31,441 nt of DNA from Verrucomicrobiota bacterium (GTDB lineage: Bacteria; Verrucomicrobiota; Verrucomicrobiia; Opitutales; JABSRG01). Shown here piece by piece: positions 9,813 to 20,500 of this stretch. The translations under genes and the position numbers were made by a program. The first letter of the stretch is position 1, and the number at the start of each line of letters is the position of its first letter. The DNA is taken from the NCBI GenBank assembly GCA_039034055.1, contig JBCCBL010000001.1:1-31441 (forward strand), read 5' to 3'. The notes beneath the pieces are model-generated. The model did no database searches and was not told the DNA's origin. It saw only the letters and a list, made by a program, of their open reading frames with translations.

Positions 9813-10706
9813 ATGAAATATTTCCATCTGATCTCAAAGGTCTTCGCTGCCAGTGTCACGTTTTTCCTCACTGGATGTCATATTTCCCTAACCAATTTGA
9901 CGCCCAAGGATGTGCCTCAGAATCCATCTGGAATCTACACCCTTGGGGTCTCGGCAGAAATCACCGATGGCAATGTCGATTCCGAGTCTATCGAGGCGAG
10001 CGTCGTTATCGACGGAAAGAAGTATCCGATGGTTCCGAGTGAAGGGGCGCAAAATGTCTTTCAATTCGACTACGCTTTACCGAAGGACCGTGATTCTGCA
10101 AAATACTACTTTGAGGTAGACTACACCTTCGAGACGGGCAGTGGAAAGGTCCGCACAGAGATTGGCGAGCTGAGTGAATTTTTCCTAACGAATCGTTATG
10201 TCGTGACTCTGGAGACTAGTCGGGCTCCAGTGGGGACGGTGGTTCCTGTCTTGGGCCGTGGGTTTACGCCCTCGGATACGATCATCATGGGTCCGATTGC
10301 TGCGGACACTCGCTATGTCTCGGAAAATGTCATTGAGTTTACGGTACCCGGCTTAATGGCTGGGGAGTCTTACGATGTCGTATGGGAATCTGGATACGGA
10401 AATGTGCCTATGGGTAAATTTCGAATCGATGCGGCAAACATTACGGTAATCCCGGAGTCGCTCAGCTTGAGTGTTGGATCTTCGCGAGCTTTGACTTTTG
10501 ATATTGATTCACCGGCTCCTCCCGGGGGCTTGGCGGTCCAAGTCACTACTGATGTTCCCGAAAGTGTGATCATGCCAGAAGTGGTCATTCCGGCAGGGCA
10601 GCGAACGGTCACCGTTCAGGTGCAAGGGGGTGCTATCGGGGCCGGCAGTCTATTCGTAAGCATCGCCGGGCAGGGCGAAATCACCATCCCGGTGATAGTG
10701 AATTGA
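9813..10706 (+). CDS. Predicted lipoprotein with Ig-like/IPT-TIG-type beta domains
   Basis: ATG at 9813; lipobox LTGC; IPT-like segment VGTVVPVLGRGFT...ENVIEFTVP; beta-rich repeats. Confidence 0.75.
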   Translation: MKYFHLISKVFAASVTFFLTGCHISLTNLTPKDVPQNPSGIYTLGVSAEITDGNVDSESIEASVVIDGKKYPMVPSEGAQNVFQFDYALPKDRDSAKYYFEVDYTFETGSGKVRTEIGELSEFFLTNRYVVTLETSRAPVGTVVPVLGRGFTPSDTIIMGPIAADTRYVSENVIEFTVPGLMAGESYDVVWESGYGNVPMGKFRIDAANITVIPESLSLSVGSSRALTFDIDSPAPPGGLAVQVTTDVPESVIMPEVVIPAGQRTVTVQVQGGAIGAGSLFVSIAGQGEITIPVIVN

Positions 10707-10746
10707 GGATCTTGCGTCGCCCGATGTCCGCTTCCCGTTGTTCTTC

Positions 10747-11784
10747 TCAAAACAAGGTGCTCTGACCGCCCTTGTCCTCGGGTTCGAGTCCGACCGTTTG
10801 CCAAGCTTTGGGGGTTAATACGCGGCCCTGTGGGGTGCGTTGGAGGTAGCCTTCTTGGATCAGGAATGGTTCATGAACTTCTTCTACGGTGTGGGTCTCT
10901 TCGCCGATGGCTACGGCGATGGTGCTGAGGCCGACCGGTCCGCCTCGGTGGTGGTTAGCCATCGCGAGTAGAATGCGTTTATCCTGCTCGTCCAATCCAT
11001 TTTGGTCAATTTCTAGAAGTTCCAAGGCTCCTGAGGCGGTCTTGCGCGTGATCGTTCCGTCGGACCGCTGTTCAGCAAAATCGCGGACGAAATGGACCAA
11101 GTTGTTGGTGATACGCGGGGTGCCCCGGGCGCGGCGTGCAATCTCCTCCGCGCCTGCGTCATCGACGCTCACCCCGAGGAGTTCGCAGGTCCGTTTGACG
11201 ATTTTGATAAGTTCGGGGCGTTGGTAGTAGTGGAGGCGTGTTTGTAGGGTGAATCGACTTCTAAGGGGGGCGGTCAATAATCCGACTCGCGTAGTCGCCC
11301 CGATGAGGGTGAATTTCTGCACGTTGAGCCGGACGCTGCGCGCATTGGGCCCTTGGTCGATCATGATATCGATACAAAAATCTTCCATGGCTGAATACAG
11401 GTATTCTTCCACGGTTTTCGGCATTCGGTGAATTTCATCGACAAAGAGTATGTCGTTTTCTTCCAAATTGGTGAGGAGTCCCGCCAGGTCGCCTGGTTTT
11501 TCTAAAACCGGGCCCGAGGTGACTCGGACGTTTACCTCCATTTCGTTGCCGAGGATCATCGCCAGGGTGGTTTTACCCAGTCCGGGAGGGCCGCTCAGGA
11601 GAATATGACTCAGGGCATCTCCGCGGGATTTCGCAGCGCCAGCCATCACTTGAAGGCGTTCAATTGTCTTGGGCTGTCCGGTGAAATCGGAAAACTGCAA
11701 TGGGCGCAGGGCGGCCTCTTGGGGCGAGCGTTTGCTCGCAGCACTTTGCAAAAAATCGACGCCTCGGGACTCTGATTCAGACAT
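10747..11784 (-). CDS. ruvB: Holliday junction branch migration helicase RuvB
   Basis: Walker A GPPGLGKT, FVDEIHR, LYSAMEDF, GATTR, ARGTPR and RTPQGR. Confidence 0.97.
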   Translation of the reverse strand: MSESESRGVDFLQSAASKRSPQEAALRPLQFSDFTGQPKTIERLQVMAGAAKSRGDALSHILLSGPPGLGKTTLAMILGNEMEVNVRVTSGPVLEKPGDLAGLLTNLEENDILFVDEIHRMPKTVEEYLYSAMEDFCIDIMIDQGPNARSVRLNVQKFTLIGATTRVGLLTAPLRSRFTLQTRLHYYQRPELIKIVKRTCELLGVSVDDAGAEEIARRARGTPRITNNLVHFVRDFAEQRSDGTITRKTASGALELLEIDQNGLDEQDKRILLAMANHHRGGPVGLSTIAVAIGEETHTVEEVHEPFLIQEGYLQRTPQGRVLTPKAWQTVGLEPEDKGGQSTLF

Positions 11785-11843
11785 TGCGGAAGACTATCCG
11801 ATCTCCCCGCCGATGCGGCAAGCTCTAGTCGAGATTTATGTTG

Positions 11844-12410
11844 TTACTCGGTCGCAAGGCGGGTTGCGCGCTCTTTGGATATTCGATATAGGACATGAGG
11901 CGAGAGTGGGTGGCCTGCTTCAAGCCCAGGATGTGGGAAGTCATCTTTTGCCTGATAGCTCATATCCAGGCGCTCCATCAAGCGGCGCGACCGGTGGTTT
12001 GATTCAGTGGTAAAGGCGACGATTTCCTCGAGCCCTAACTGTTGAAATCCATAGTCGAGGACGCTTTGCGCGGCGGCATAGGCAATGCTTTGTCGCCAAA
12101 ATGCTTTTCGGAAGCGCCACGCGATTTCGACACACGGTGTGAAATGGGTAATGAAGTTGGGACGGTTCAGGCCGGTGAATCCAGCCAGGTCTCCATCTAC
12201 CTCGACCGCCCAAATTCCCCAGCCGTTTTCGGAGTTTTTGTTTTGGATTTTTTCAAATAGGGCGCGCGCAGCTTCCATATCGAGAGGTCCGAGAAGATAG
12301 CGCATCACTTCGACTTCAGCATTTATCTCGGCAAAAGCTGGGAAATCTCGACCGGCCCAGTCGCGTATTCTCCCCTGAGTGCCTCGAGGAGTCTGGAATT
12401 CTAGGTTCAC
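11844..12410 (-). CDS. GNAT N-acetyltransferase, RimJ/RimL type
   Basis: Segments VEIAWRFRKAFW and NHRSRRLMERLDM; its GTG start overlaps the murA stop (GTGA). Confidence 0.88.
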   Translation of the reverse strand: MNLEFQTPRGTQGRIRDWAGRDFPAFAEINAEVEVMRYLLGPLDMEAARALFEKIQNKNSENGWGIWAVEVDGDLAGFTGLNRPNFITHFTPCVEIAWRFRKAFWRQSIAYAAAQSVLDYGFQQLGLEEIVAFTTESNHRSRRLMERLDMSYQAKDDFPHPGLEAGHPLSPHVLYRISKERATRLATE

Positions 12411-13705
12411 GCCTCAGCCCACTCAACAGAAGCCCCGAGTCTTTGTAGATTTTCGACAAATCCCGGGTGCGCTCTTCGAATCGGGTCGGCGTGCCTGACG
12501 CGGCTTTCGCCCGGGATACTCGCGGCGACCATGTATAGAGCGACCGCCGCTCGGATGATGTAAGGGGCCTCGACCGTAGCGGGCCGCAGTCTGCGATTGC
12601 CAAACACGATGATGCGGTGAGGGTCACTGACCACAACATGTGCCCCGAATTTGGTGAGTTCGGGGATCCAGGAAAAGCCGTTTTCATAGACTTTGTTCCA
12701 GAATGTGACTTCGCCTTCGGCACGCACGGACAGGGCAATCATCAGGGGTAGGAGGTCCACGGGAAAGTAAGGCCAGGGAGCGGCTTCGATTTTGGGCAGG
12801 ATGTTTGAGGTGAACGGTTGTTGGACAATGCGACTCTGTCCGGGAACGACGCGGAGGGTTTCGCCGTCGCTATCTAAATTGACTCCGAGCTTTGCGAAGG
12901 AGCGGCGTATCAGGTCGAAATGCTTGGTTTGCACATCGTGCACAGAAATATCCCCATCCGTCATGGCTCCAAGCGCGAGGAAGGTGACGATTTCATGGTA
13001 GTCGGAAGAGACTCGATAGGCACCATTGCCGAGGGCGTCGATTCCTTCGACTTCGAGCATACTGGTCCCGATGCCGCTTATTTTCGCGCCCAGGAGGCTC
13101 AAGAACCGGCATACGTCTTGGACGTGAGGTTCGCTTGCCGCATTGAGGAGGGTTGATTTTCCCTTGGCGAGCACTGCGGCCATGACGAAATTTTCGGTTG
13201 CCGTGACCGACATGTAATCCATCCAATGGCGACAGCTTTTGAGCTTGCCGGAGGGTAATTCCAAAGTGAGAGAGTCTTCGGTGCGTTTCATTTCCGCCCC
13301 AAAGTGTTGAAGGATCTCGATGTGTGGGTCCAGTTCTCGAACTCCGAGGGCGCAGCCTTTGGCATTCACGGCAATGGGGATGCGCCCCGTCCTGAGGAGC
13401 AGTGGAGCGAAGAGGAGGACTGATGAGCGCATGCCCGAGGGAAGCTCGAGGTCTTTTTGACTTCCGAATCTTCGGTGCAGAAGTTCGATGCGTTTGGCCT
13501 CTTTATCCCAGTGGATTTCGGAGCCCATTTCTTTGAAAAAGGTTACCAGTTTTTCTACGTCGGTGATGTTTGGGATGTTTTCCAGGACAACTAGTTCATC
13601 CGTCAACAAGGAGGCACATAGCAGGGGGAGGGCTGCGTTTTTGTTGCCTTGCGGGTGAATTTTTCCGTTGAGCGCGTTTCCGCCCTGGATGAAGAGGTCT
13701 GCCAT
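12407..13705 (-). CDS. murA: UDP-N-acetylglucosamine 1-carboxyvinyltransferase (divergent MurA)
   Basis: Motifs GNKNAALP, MRSS, GCALGVR (catalytic Cys loop), SVTATEN, AASEPHV and FPVD. Confidence 0.85.
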   Translation of the reverse strand: MADLFIQGGNALNGKIHPQGNKNAALPLLCASLLTDELVVLENIPNITDVEKLVTFFKEMGSEIHWDKEAKRIELLHRRFGSQKDLELPSGMRSSVLLFAPLLLRTGRIPIAVNAKGCALGVRELDPHIEILQHFGAEMKRTEDSLTLELPSGKLKSCRHWMDYMSVTATENFVMAAVLAKGKSTLLNAASEPHVQDVCRFLSLLGAKISGIGTSMLEVEGIDALGNGAYRVSSDYHEIVTFLALGAMTDGDISVHDVQTKHFDLIRRSFAKLGVNLDSDGETLRVVPGQSRIVQQPFTSNILPKIEAAPWPYFPVDLLPLMIALSVRAEGEVTFWNKVYENGFSWIPELTKFGAHVVVSDPHRIIVFGNRRLRPATVEAPYIIRAAVALYMVAASIPGESRVRHADPIRRAHPGFVENLQRLGASVEWAEA

Positions 13706-13878
13706 GTTTTTTGAGATGTGAAATGAGCGGAGAAAGATGAGGCAAATGAGTTATCAGAGGTAATGTAGCAATGGCTTCTGGGCTTCAATCGTATAGTAAT
13801 TTGACAATAGTATGTAATTTTTGTTGTTACCAAACGCCATTTGGCGTGTTGAATAGAGCGATAGTTCCCTTGCATCCA

Positions 13879-15300
13879 ATGTCCCAAAATTCCTATATAC
13901 CCCGCTTTTTACTGATCGGTATCGTATTAGCCCAGTTGGTATCCTCTGCGCTTTTTGCCCAGGAGGAGAGTCGCATGAATGTGCTTTTCATCATTGTGGA
14001 TGACCTTAACGTCGATATCGCGTCTTATGGACATCCGGTGGTGAAGACCCCGAATTTAGATAAACTGCGCGCGCGGGGAGTTCAGTTCAACCATGCTTAC
14101 AGTCAATATCCTCTGTGTAACCCCAGTAGGAATTCCTTGTTGACGAGCTTGTATCCCGGGACCTCAGGAAATCTAAGCAATGCGGACCACATCCGAGACC
14201 TAGTCCCCGACGTAGTGACATTGCCCGAGCTGTTCAAAGAAAATGGTTACACGACCATCAGTACTGGTAAGGTGTTTCACCATGAAGATGCCCAATCTTG
14301 GTCGAAGATTTCAGATATAACTACTGGCGAAATTCATCCCGAGGGAAAGCCTTATGCATTTTACCGGGTCCGCGGCCAGGAGGGTAGGACGAAGGGTGAT
14401 GAAGCTTTCCTGAGCGATGGGTCGTTGAAGTGGTTCCAGTGGAGATCGGTGACTGAGGGCGAGGAGTTTCTTAAAGACACTCAGGCAGCGAATACGATGA
14501 TCCAGCGAATTGATGAGCTGGCCGAGAGTGGTGATCCTTTCTTTTTAGCGTTCGGTTTGGCGCGACCACACGATCCCTTCTTTGCCCCCAAGCGTTTTTT
14601 TGAGATGTATCCTGACGAGGTACTGACGCTTCCTGAAGCGCCTGCCGATGCCTCATCTTGGCCCATCACCGCATTTAATAGCGAATTTTTGGAGGTCTTT
14701 CGCAAACTCACTGAACAGGAGAAATTTGATGCGATGCGCTCAATCTATGCGAGCACTTCATACATGGACGAGCAGTTGGGGCGCGTCCTTGATTATTTCG
14801 AAGCGAAGGGGCTCAGTGACAACGCCGCGGTTATCTTCGTCAGCGATAATGGTTATCACGTCGGAGAGAATGACTATTGGAATAAGGCTACTCTTTTCGA
14901 GCGCTCATGCTTGGCACCCTTAATCATTGCGACACCGGATATGAGTACGGCCGGCGAAAGCTCGGATCGCGTTGTCGAGTTCATCGACATTTATCCTACA
15001 ATCGCTGAGCTTTGTTCTTTGGAGGTTCCTGATCACGTGGAAGGCACCAGTCTGGTGCCCTTGTTGGAAGATCCGGAAGCGGAACGCCGCGAAATTGCTT
15101 ATTCATACGTGAATACAGGACGTAGTGTTCGAGACAGTCGATACCGCTATACGCGTTGGCCGGGTGGACTGCATGCCTTGTGGGACCATAAACATGATCC
15201 TAACGAGCACTACAATGTCGCGGACAACCCGGAATATGCGAGCGTTCTACAGCGTATGGAGGTGCTCCTCGATGCGATACCTGAGCCTAAAGGAAACTGA
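13879..15300 (+). CDS. Secreted Cys-type sulfatase (iduronate-2-sulfatase/choline sulfatase-like)
   Basis: Signal peptide; NVLFIIVDD; CNPSR formylglycine motif; GKVFH; RPHDPF; SDNGYH. ATG at 13879 preferred over 13771. Confidence 0.92.
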   Translation: MSQNSYIPRFLLIGIVLAQLVSSALFAQEESRMNVLFIIVDDLNVDIASYGHPVVKTPNLDKLRARGVQFNHAYSQYPLCNPSRNSLLTSLYPGTSGNLSNADHIRDLVPDVVTLPELFKENGYTTISTGKVFHHEDAQSWSKISDITTGEIHPEGKPYAFYRVRGQEGRTKGDEAFLSDGSLKWFQWRSVTEGEEFLKDTQAANTMIQRIDELAESGDPFFLAFGLARPHDPFFAPKRFFEMYPDEVLTLPEAPADASSWPITAFNSEFLEVFRKLTEQEKFDAMRSIYASTSYMDEQLGRVLDYFEAKGLSDNAAVIFVSDNGYHVGENDYWNKATLFERSCLAPLIIATPDMSTAGESSDRVVEFIDIYPTIAELCSLEVPDHVEGTSLVPLLEDPEAERREIAYSYVNTGRSVRDSRYRYTRWPGGLHALWDHKHDPNEHYNVADNPEYASVLQRMEVLLDAIPEPKGN

Positions 15301-15318
15301 TTTTCTGGTACAGTCCAC

Positions 15319-16677
15319 GTGAAGAAACTCAATTTTTGTCTCCTCACCTGCCTTTCTGCCCTGGGGGCCCTTTTTGCGAACCAACCTAACATTATTTTCA
15401 TATTATGTGATGACTTAGGCTACGGAGATCTCGGTGCAACCGGGCACCCTTATGTGAAGTCTCCAAATATTGACCGTCTTGCCGCGGAAGGTATCCGATT
15501 TGAACATGGCTACATGAGTGGAGCGTGGTGTTCACCTAGCCGAGCATCATTGATGACGGGCCTGTATCCCTCACGTTATTTTAATCACACTCTGGAGATG
15601 GATACTGATGGTGAGACGGTATTCAGTATCCTGAAGGGCGCAGGATACAAGACTGCTCATTTCGGTAAATGGCACATGAGTGGGAAGCAACGAAATGACC
15701 CAACACCTGATATGTATGGAGTTGATGAATACTTTATTCATAATGGAAATGGTGAAGCATGGACGCGTGATGAACGTGGAGCGCCTCACTGGCGTGAAAG
15801 CACTACTAAGCGCTACGTTGATCTGACTATTGAATTTCTAGAGCGCAACAAAGACTCAGAGCAGCCGCTTTACGTTAATTTGTGGGTGTATCCAACACAT
15901 TCATACATTGATCCAACTCCCGAAATGTTGGACTGGTATAAAGATTTGGAATTTGATATTAATGATTTTGAGAATCCCCTACAGCGCGAGTTTTTAGAGT
16001 GGATAGGCGAGCAAGGAAGTGTAGAGGAGGCTATGCGTGGATACTGCTCAGATGTTACCGATTTAGACAATCACGTTGGGCGCTTGATGGCGAAACTTAA
16101 AGACCTCGGAGTCGATGAAGACACTGTAGTTATATTTTCTAGTGATAATGGTCCAGCCCCCTTAGGTCCTGGAACCAATCAACTGGCTGACCGAATTAAA
16201 GAGCGTCCGACGCTGATCAACTGCGTGGGCTCTTCTGGGCCTTTTCGAGACCGTAAGATATCCTTGCATGATGGGGGAACTCGGGTTCCTTACATCGCGC
16301 GCTGGCCTGGAAAAATTCCTGCTGGCAGCGTTAATTCCGAGACGGTTATAACGGGTGTAGATTTCTTGCCGACGATGGCTGCTCTTGGGAGAGCACAATT
16401 GCCCGAAACACCCTTTGATGGAGTCAATATGCTAGCTGCATACGAAGGAGAAAAGTTCACACGTCCCGGACCTCATTTTTGGAATGATCGCCCGGGTTGG
16501 TCTGCAGTCCGGGAAAATCAGTGGAAGGCTCATTTGCGGAGAAAAAAGTTTCGGCTCTTTAATATTTTGGAAGATCCTTCTGAATCATCGGATGTCTCTT
16601 CCGAGTTTCCTGAGGTAGCCGAACACTATACTCGCCTGCTAGAGAATTTTGAATCTGAGGTGAAGCCGAAGAGATAG
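15319..16677 (+). CDS. Secreted Cys-type sulfatase (arylsulfatase-like)
   Basis: Signal peptide; PNIIFILCDDLGYGD; CSPSRASLMTG; GKWH; SSDNG; GGTRVP. Confidence 0.93.
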   Translation: MKKLNFCLLTCLSALGALFANQPNIIFILCDDLGYGDLGATGHPYVKSPNIDRLAAEGIRFEHGYMSGAWCSPSRASLMTGLYPSRYFNHTLEMDTDGETVFSILKGAGYKTAHFGKWHMSGKQRNDPTPDMYGVDEYFIHNGNGEAWTRDERGAPHWRESTTKRYVDLTIEFLERNKDSEQPLYVNLWVYPTHSYIDPTPEMLDWYKDLEFDINDFENPLQREFLEWIGEQGSVEEAMRGYCSDVTDLDNHVGRLMAKLKDLGVDEDTVVIFSSDNGPAPLGPGTNQLADRIKERPTLINCVGSSGPFRDRKISLHDGGTRVPYIARWPGKIPAGSVNSETVITGVDFLPTMAALGRAQLPETPFDGVNMLAAYEGEKFTRPGPHFWNDRPGWSAVRENQWKAHLRRKKFRLFNILEDPSESSDVSSEFPEVAEHYTRLLENFESEVKPKR

Positions 16678-16712
16678 ATCCTGGCCAATCGAACCTTCCT
16701 GCCGAGTTTGAC

Positions 16713-17525
16713 CTACTTACGTCTGGTCGAGCGGTATTCAGTTGGGTTGGTGTTAAAGTGTTCTTTGAAGAGGCGCGAGAAATGGCTGGCATCGTTGAAG
16801 CCAACCATGAAACCAATCTCTGTGACTGTATTGGCCGAATAGGTCAACAAGTTGGCAGCTCGATTCATTCGGAATTCCCGGATTAGCATTGCCGGGGAGG
16901 TTTTCGTCCCAGTCTTCACTCGGCGTTGTAGCGTTCGGACACTCATGTTCATCGCATTTGCGAGCGCCTCTGCATCGAAACCTGACTGGCTATGATTTTC
17001 TGCGATCACATCTAGCAAGTGCTGGACAAAGCGTTGATCTGCGGGGCTCGCATCTTTGGCTAGATCAATCTTAAGGGTTTCCGGCTCATAACGATCTTTC
17101 AGGTCCTTGCGGCTCCGTATCAAATTTCGGATACGCGCTTCGAGTAAGTCCATAACAAAGGGCTTGGATACATAATCATCTGCACCAGCGCCGAGACCTT
17201 CGATTTGTGATTCGACCGCTGCGCGAGCGGTCAGGAGGATTAGTGGAATAAAGGCGGTGCTTTCATCCTTTTTCAATTGTCTACACAAGGAGACTCCATC
17301 GAGGAGCGGCATCATAATGTCGGAGATGATTAGGTCAGGCTTGAGTTGAAGTGCTTTGTCGAGTCCCTCCCGACCATTTCTTGCGATCTCGAGACGGAAT
17401 TCGACTTCGAGTTCATCGATGAGGACCTCTTGAAGGGCGATATCGTCCTCGACAATCAGGATCAAGGGGCGTTCATCTCTGCCATTTGAAGTGTCTTCTG
17501 GGTTAAGCAGGGGTGTGGTATTCAT
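16713..17525 (-). CDS. Response regulator, REC plus AraC-type HTH
   Basis: Receiver motifs LIVEDD, ISDIMMP, LTA and KPF; C-terminal AraC signature VTEIGFMVGFNDASHFSRLFKEHF. Confidence 0.93.
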   Translation of the reverse strand: MNTTPLLNPEDTSNGRDERPLILIVEDDIALQEVLIDELEVEFRLEIARNGREGLDKALQLKPDLIISDIMMPLLDGVSLCRQLKKDESTAFIPLILLTARAAVESQIEGLGAGADDYVSKPFVMDLLEARIRNLIRSRKDLKDRYEPETLKIDLAKDASPADQRFVQHLLDVIAENHSQSGFDAEALANAMNMSVRTLQRRVKTGTKTSPAMLIREFRMNRAANLLTYSANTVTEIGFMVGFNDASHFSRLFKEHFNTNPTEYRSTRRK

Positions 17526-20500
17526 GGGGTAGGGTTAAGTTCCGGGCTCTCTGATTTGGTTGTAGATTTATGGGGTATCGGCAGCCGAGGTAATTCTACC
17601 GAAACGCGGGTTCCTGGTCGCTCAATACTTTCGTAAATTGGACTCTCTATTTCGATGGTACCTCCGCATTGTTGAATGAGCTTTTTTGTAAGATTCAAAC
17701 CGATACCGGAACCATCAATGAGTGATTTTTCAGGGACCCTGTAGAATCGATCGAAGACATATCCCTTGAACTCTGGAGAAATTCCAACCCCATTGTCTTC
17801 GACAGTGATCCGGATGTAAGGGTATTCCTCTTTGGGGTCAGTGGGTCCCAGGGTGATAATCACTTCGCCAGCATCTTGGGTATATTTCAGTGCGTTACTG
17901 ATGAGATTGTGGAGGATTTTTTCGATGGCATCGGGGTCGGTATGTGCTGGAAATGTATTGGAGGTCTGTAGCGTGAGTTTCGTTTGATGGATCTCTGCAA
18001 TCACTTGCATCGATTCTGCGGTGCGACGAATCAGTTGAGCTAGATCAACGATCTGTAGTTCGAGTTTGAGTTCCCCTTTTTCGATATCTCGGAATAGCAA
18101 TAGTTGAGAAACCAGACGTTTAACTCGATGCGCGTTGTTGATTACAGAGGTCAGGCGGCGTTTCATGCGGTCATCACTTTCGATCCGGGCCGTGATACGC
18201 TCGAGGGGTACGATCATCGCAGTCAATGGTGTATTAATTTCATGCGAGATATTGTTCACGAATCCGGTCTTGATCTGATCGATCTCTTGAAGGTGTTTTT
18301 CGCGTTCTTCGATACGTTGTTTTTCATTGAGCAGTCTTTGCTCACGCCAGCGTATGGTGACCAGAATGAGGGCGATCGTAAGCGCAATTAGGGTGCCTAC
18401 CAAGCCTACGAACCATGGGCGAGCCCAGATGTAGTTGTCGACTTTGAATGTGATCAGTGCCGGTTGTAGCTCGATGTTGCCGTTTCGGTCTCGTGAGCGC
18501 ACTTCTAAAGTGTACGGGCCGGGCTCCAACGCTAAAAAAGTATGATTTTTCTTAGAGGAAAAGAATGTCCATTCCGTATCGTTTAGACGCCAAGAATATT
18601 CAAGGTTTTCACGATGCGTTTGTTCCCATGGATCGATGCCGGACCAAGCGACATATGCATTGCCCCCAGGAGAGATAGATTTTTGATATGATACGATTGT
18701 TGTTTCTGGTGAATCACTCTCCGGTTTGTATCGAATTGTGTAATACTTTAAATTTTGCAGAAGACGATTTGGTCGATGTTTAATCGTATTGCTCCGACCT
18801 AGGTTTAGCCAAAGTGAGTCGTTGGAATCTTTCCGCATTTCGCTACCTTCCCAGAGTGTAATCGCGAAGTGTTCTGAGATCGCATGGTCGCCCCAGCGAT
18901 GTCCGTCGTATTGACTGATACCATTTTCTGAGGATGCTAGTATCTTGCCGTCACTTAGAGCAAGCAGTCCTGAGGCTCGGTTACTTGCCAATCCATCAGG
19001 CTTTCCGTATGCATGCCAATCTTCGCTCGCGGGACTCTTTTCCCAAACTCCAAAGCGGAAGCCTTTGGCGATCCAAAGGCTTTGATTCGAATCATTGATG
19101 AGGGCATCGGTCTTTCCATGAGGAAACTTATCGATTATCTCGGATGTTTGCTGTTTTAAGTCTATTTGGTGAATTGTCTTGTTTGCAATCCAGATGCGTC
19201 CATCCGAGGTTCGCTCTATGTGGTAAGCCCATTCGGGAAATTTAGGAGCGCGCAGAAATTCGAAAAGCTTGAATTGATTTGTCTTACTTTTCCCGATGAT
19301 AGCGACGCCTCCGGTTCCGGAGACTGCTTTAGCCTGACCGTTTGTGAAGACAAGCCGGCCGTCAGGTAGAAACGTATATGAATTTTTTCCGATGACTGCG
19401 CCTATCTCCGGAAAAGATTGGGTCTGCCATTGGTTTGCATCATCCAAAAAGGATGCTGCGGCTTTCCCGGAATGTGAGCCGAGCGCCCATAGAGTTCCGT
19501 CAGGCCCCTTAGTAATTCGTTTGGGGACGTCGATTACACCGTCTTTAGGTTCAAATTGAAACCATTGTTCATGCCGTTTATCGAAATAAACGATTCGCTT
19601 GTCATTAGAAATGTACCATTCATTTTCACTCATCCCCTCACACTGAAAGTGGAGGCCTAGCAGAGTTTTCCAATTTCGAAAAGTTGGGTCTATCACATAG
19701 ACACCCCCATGCGATGCAAGAACCCAAATTCGGCCATCGAATGATTCGAAAATATCTAGCGGTGATATCGGAATATCTAGGTCGGTATATCGATAAATCT
19801 CGGCTTGACTGGCCTTGTAGGCAGCGATCACCCCCGCACTGCCGAACAAAAGTTGGCCTTCCTTGGTTTGCAAAATGGAGTAATGACTGTTGCTGTGTTT
19901 TCCGAGTGGAATGGGGCTCCATTTTTTGATCTTTGGGTCATATTTTTGGGCGAGTGTTCGCCCTGAGCTGGAGGCGAATGCCAGGGTGCCGTCCTGGAGC
20001 CCTTTTATTATTAAATCGTCATTATGGCTCGAATTCTTTGGTGGTTTGTGAAGTATCCATCGGCCCTTGGCTTCGAGGCCCTGATTAACGATTCGAGCTT
20101 GGTAGATTACCGACGGTTCCTCTTCGTGGAAGACTCCGATCCACAGGTTGTCGTCTTGATCGCTGCAACTAACCAATGAAGATGGTGCTTTGACAGAGTA
20201 GACGATTTCGTGATCCTCAAGGTTGGGAGAGATTCTCCATAAGGTTCTGCGCGCATTTAGCCAAATATTTCCGTCTGGTGACTGATGGAGTGTTGATCTG
20301 TGAGTCAGGCTTTCTAAATTTGAAATTAGTATCTTAAATTCGCCATCTTTGTACGCGACGAGATCGTATTTATACAAAAAGAGTGGGGTGCCGTCTCGAG
20401 TGACCATGATTCTTCGAACCGGGTATTTTTTTCCGCTATCCTCGGGATATAAGACACCTTTACGGAGATCTATGATATTCAGATTGAGACCGTCATATCG

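Noticed and set aside
10778-10803. gggttcgagtccgaccgtttgcca, which looks like a tRNA 3' end
   Set aside because: It lies within the last ruvB codons, the T-stem has a mismatch, and no matching 5' acceptor strand is present.
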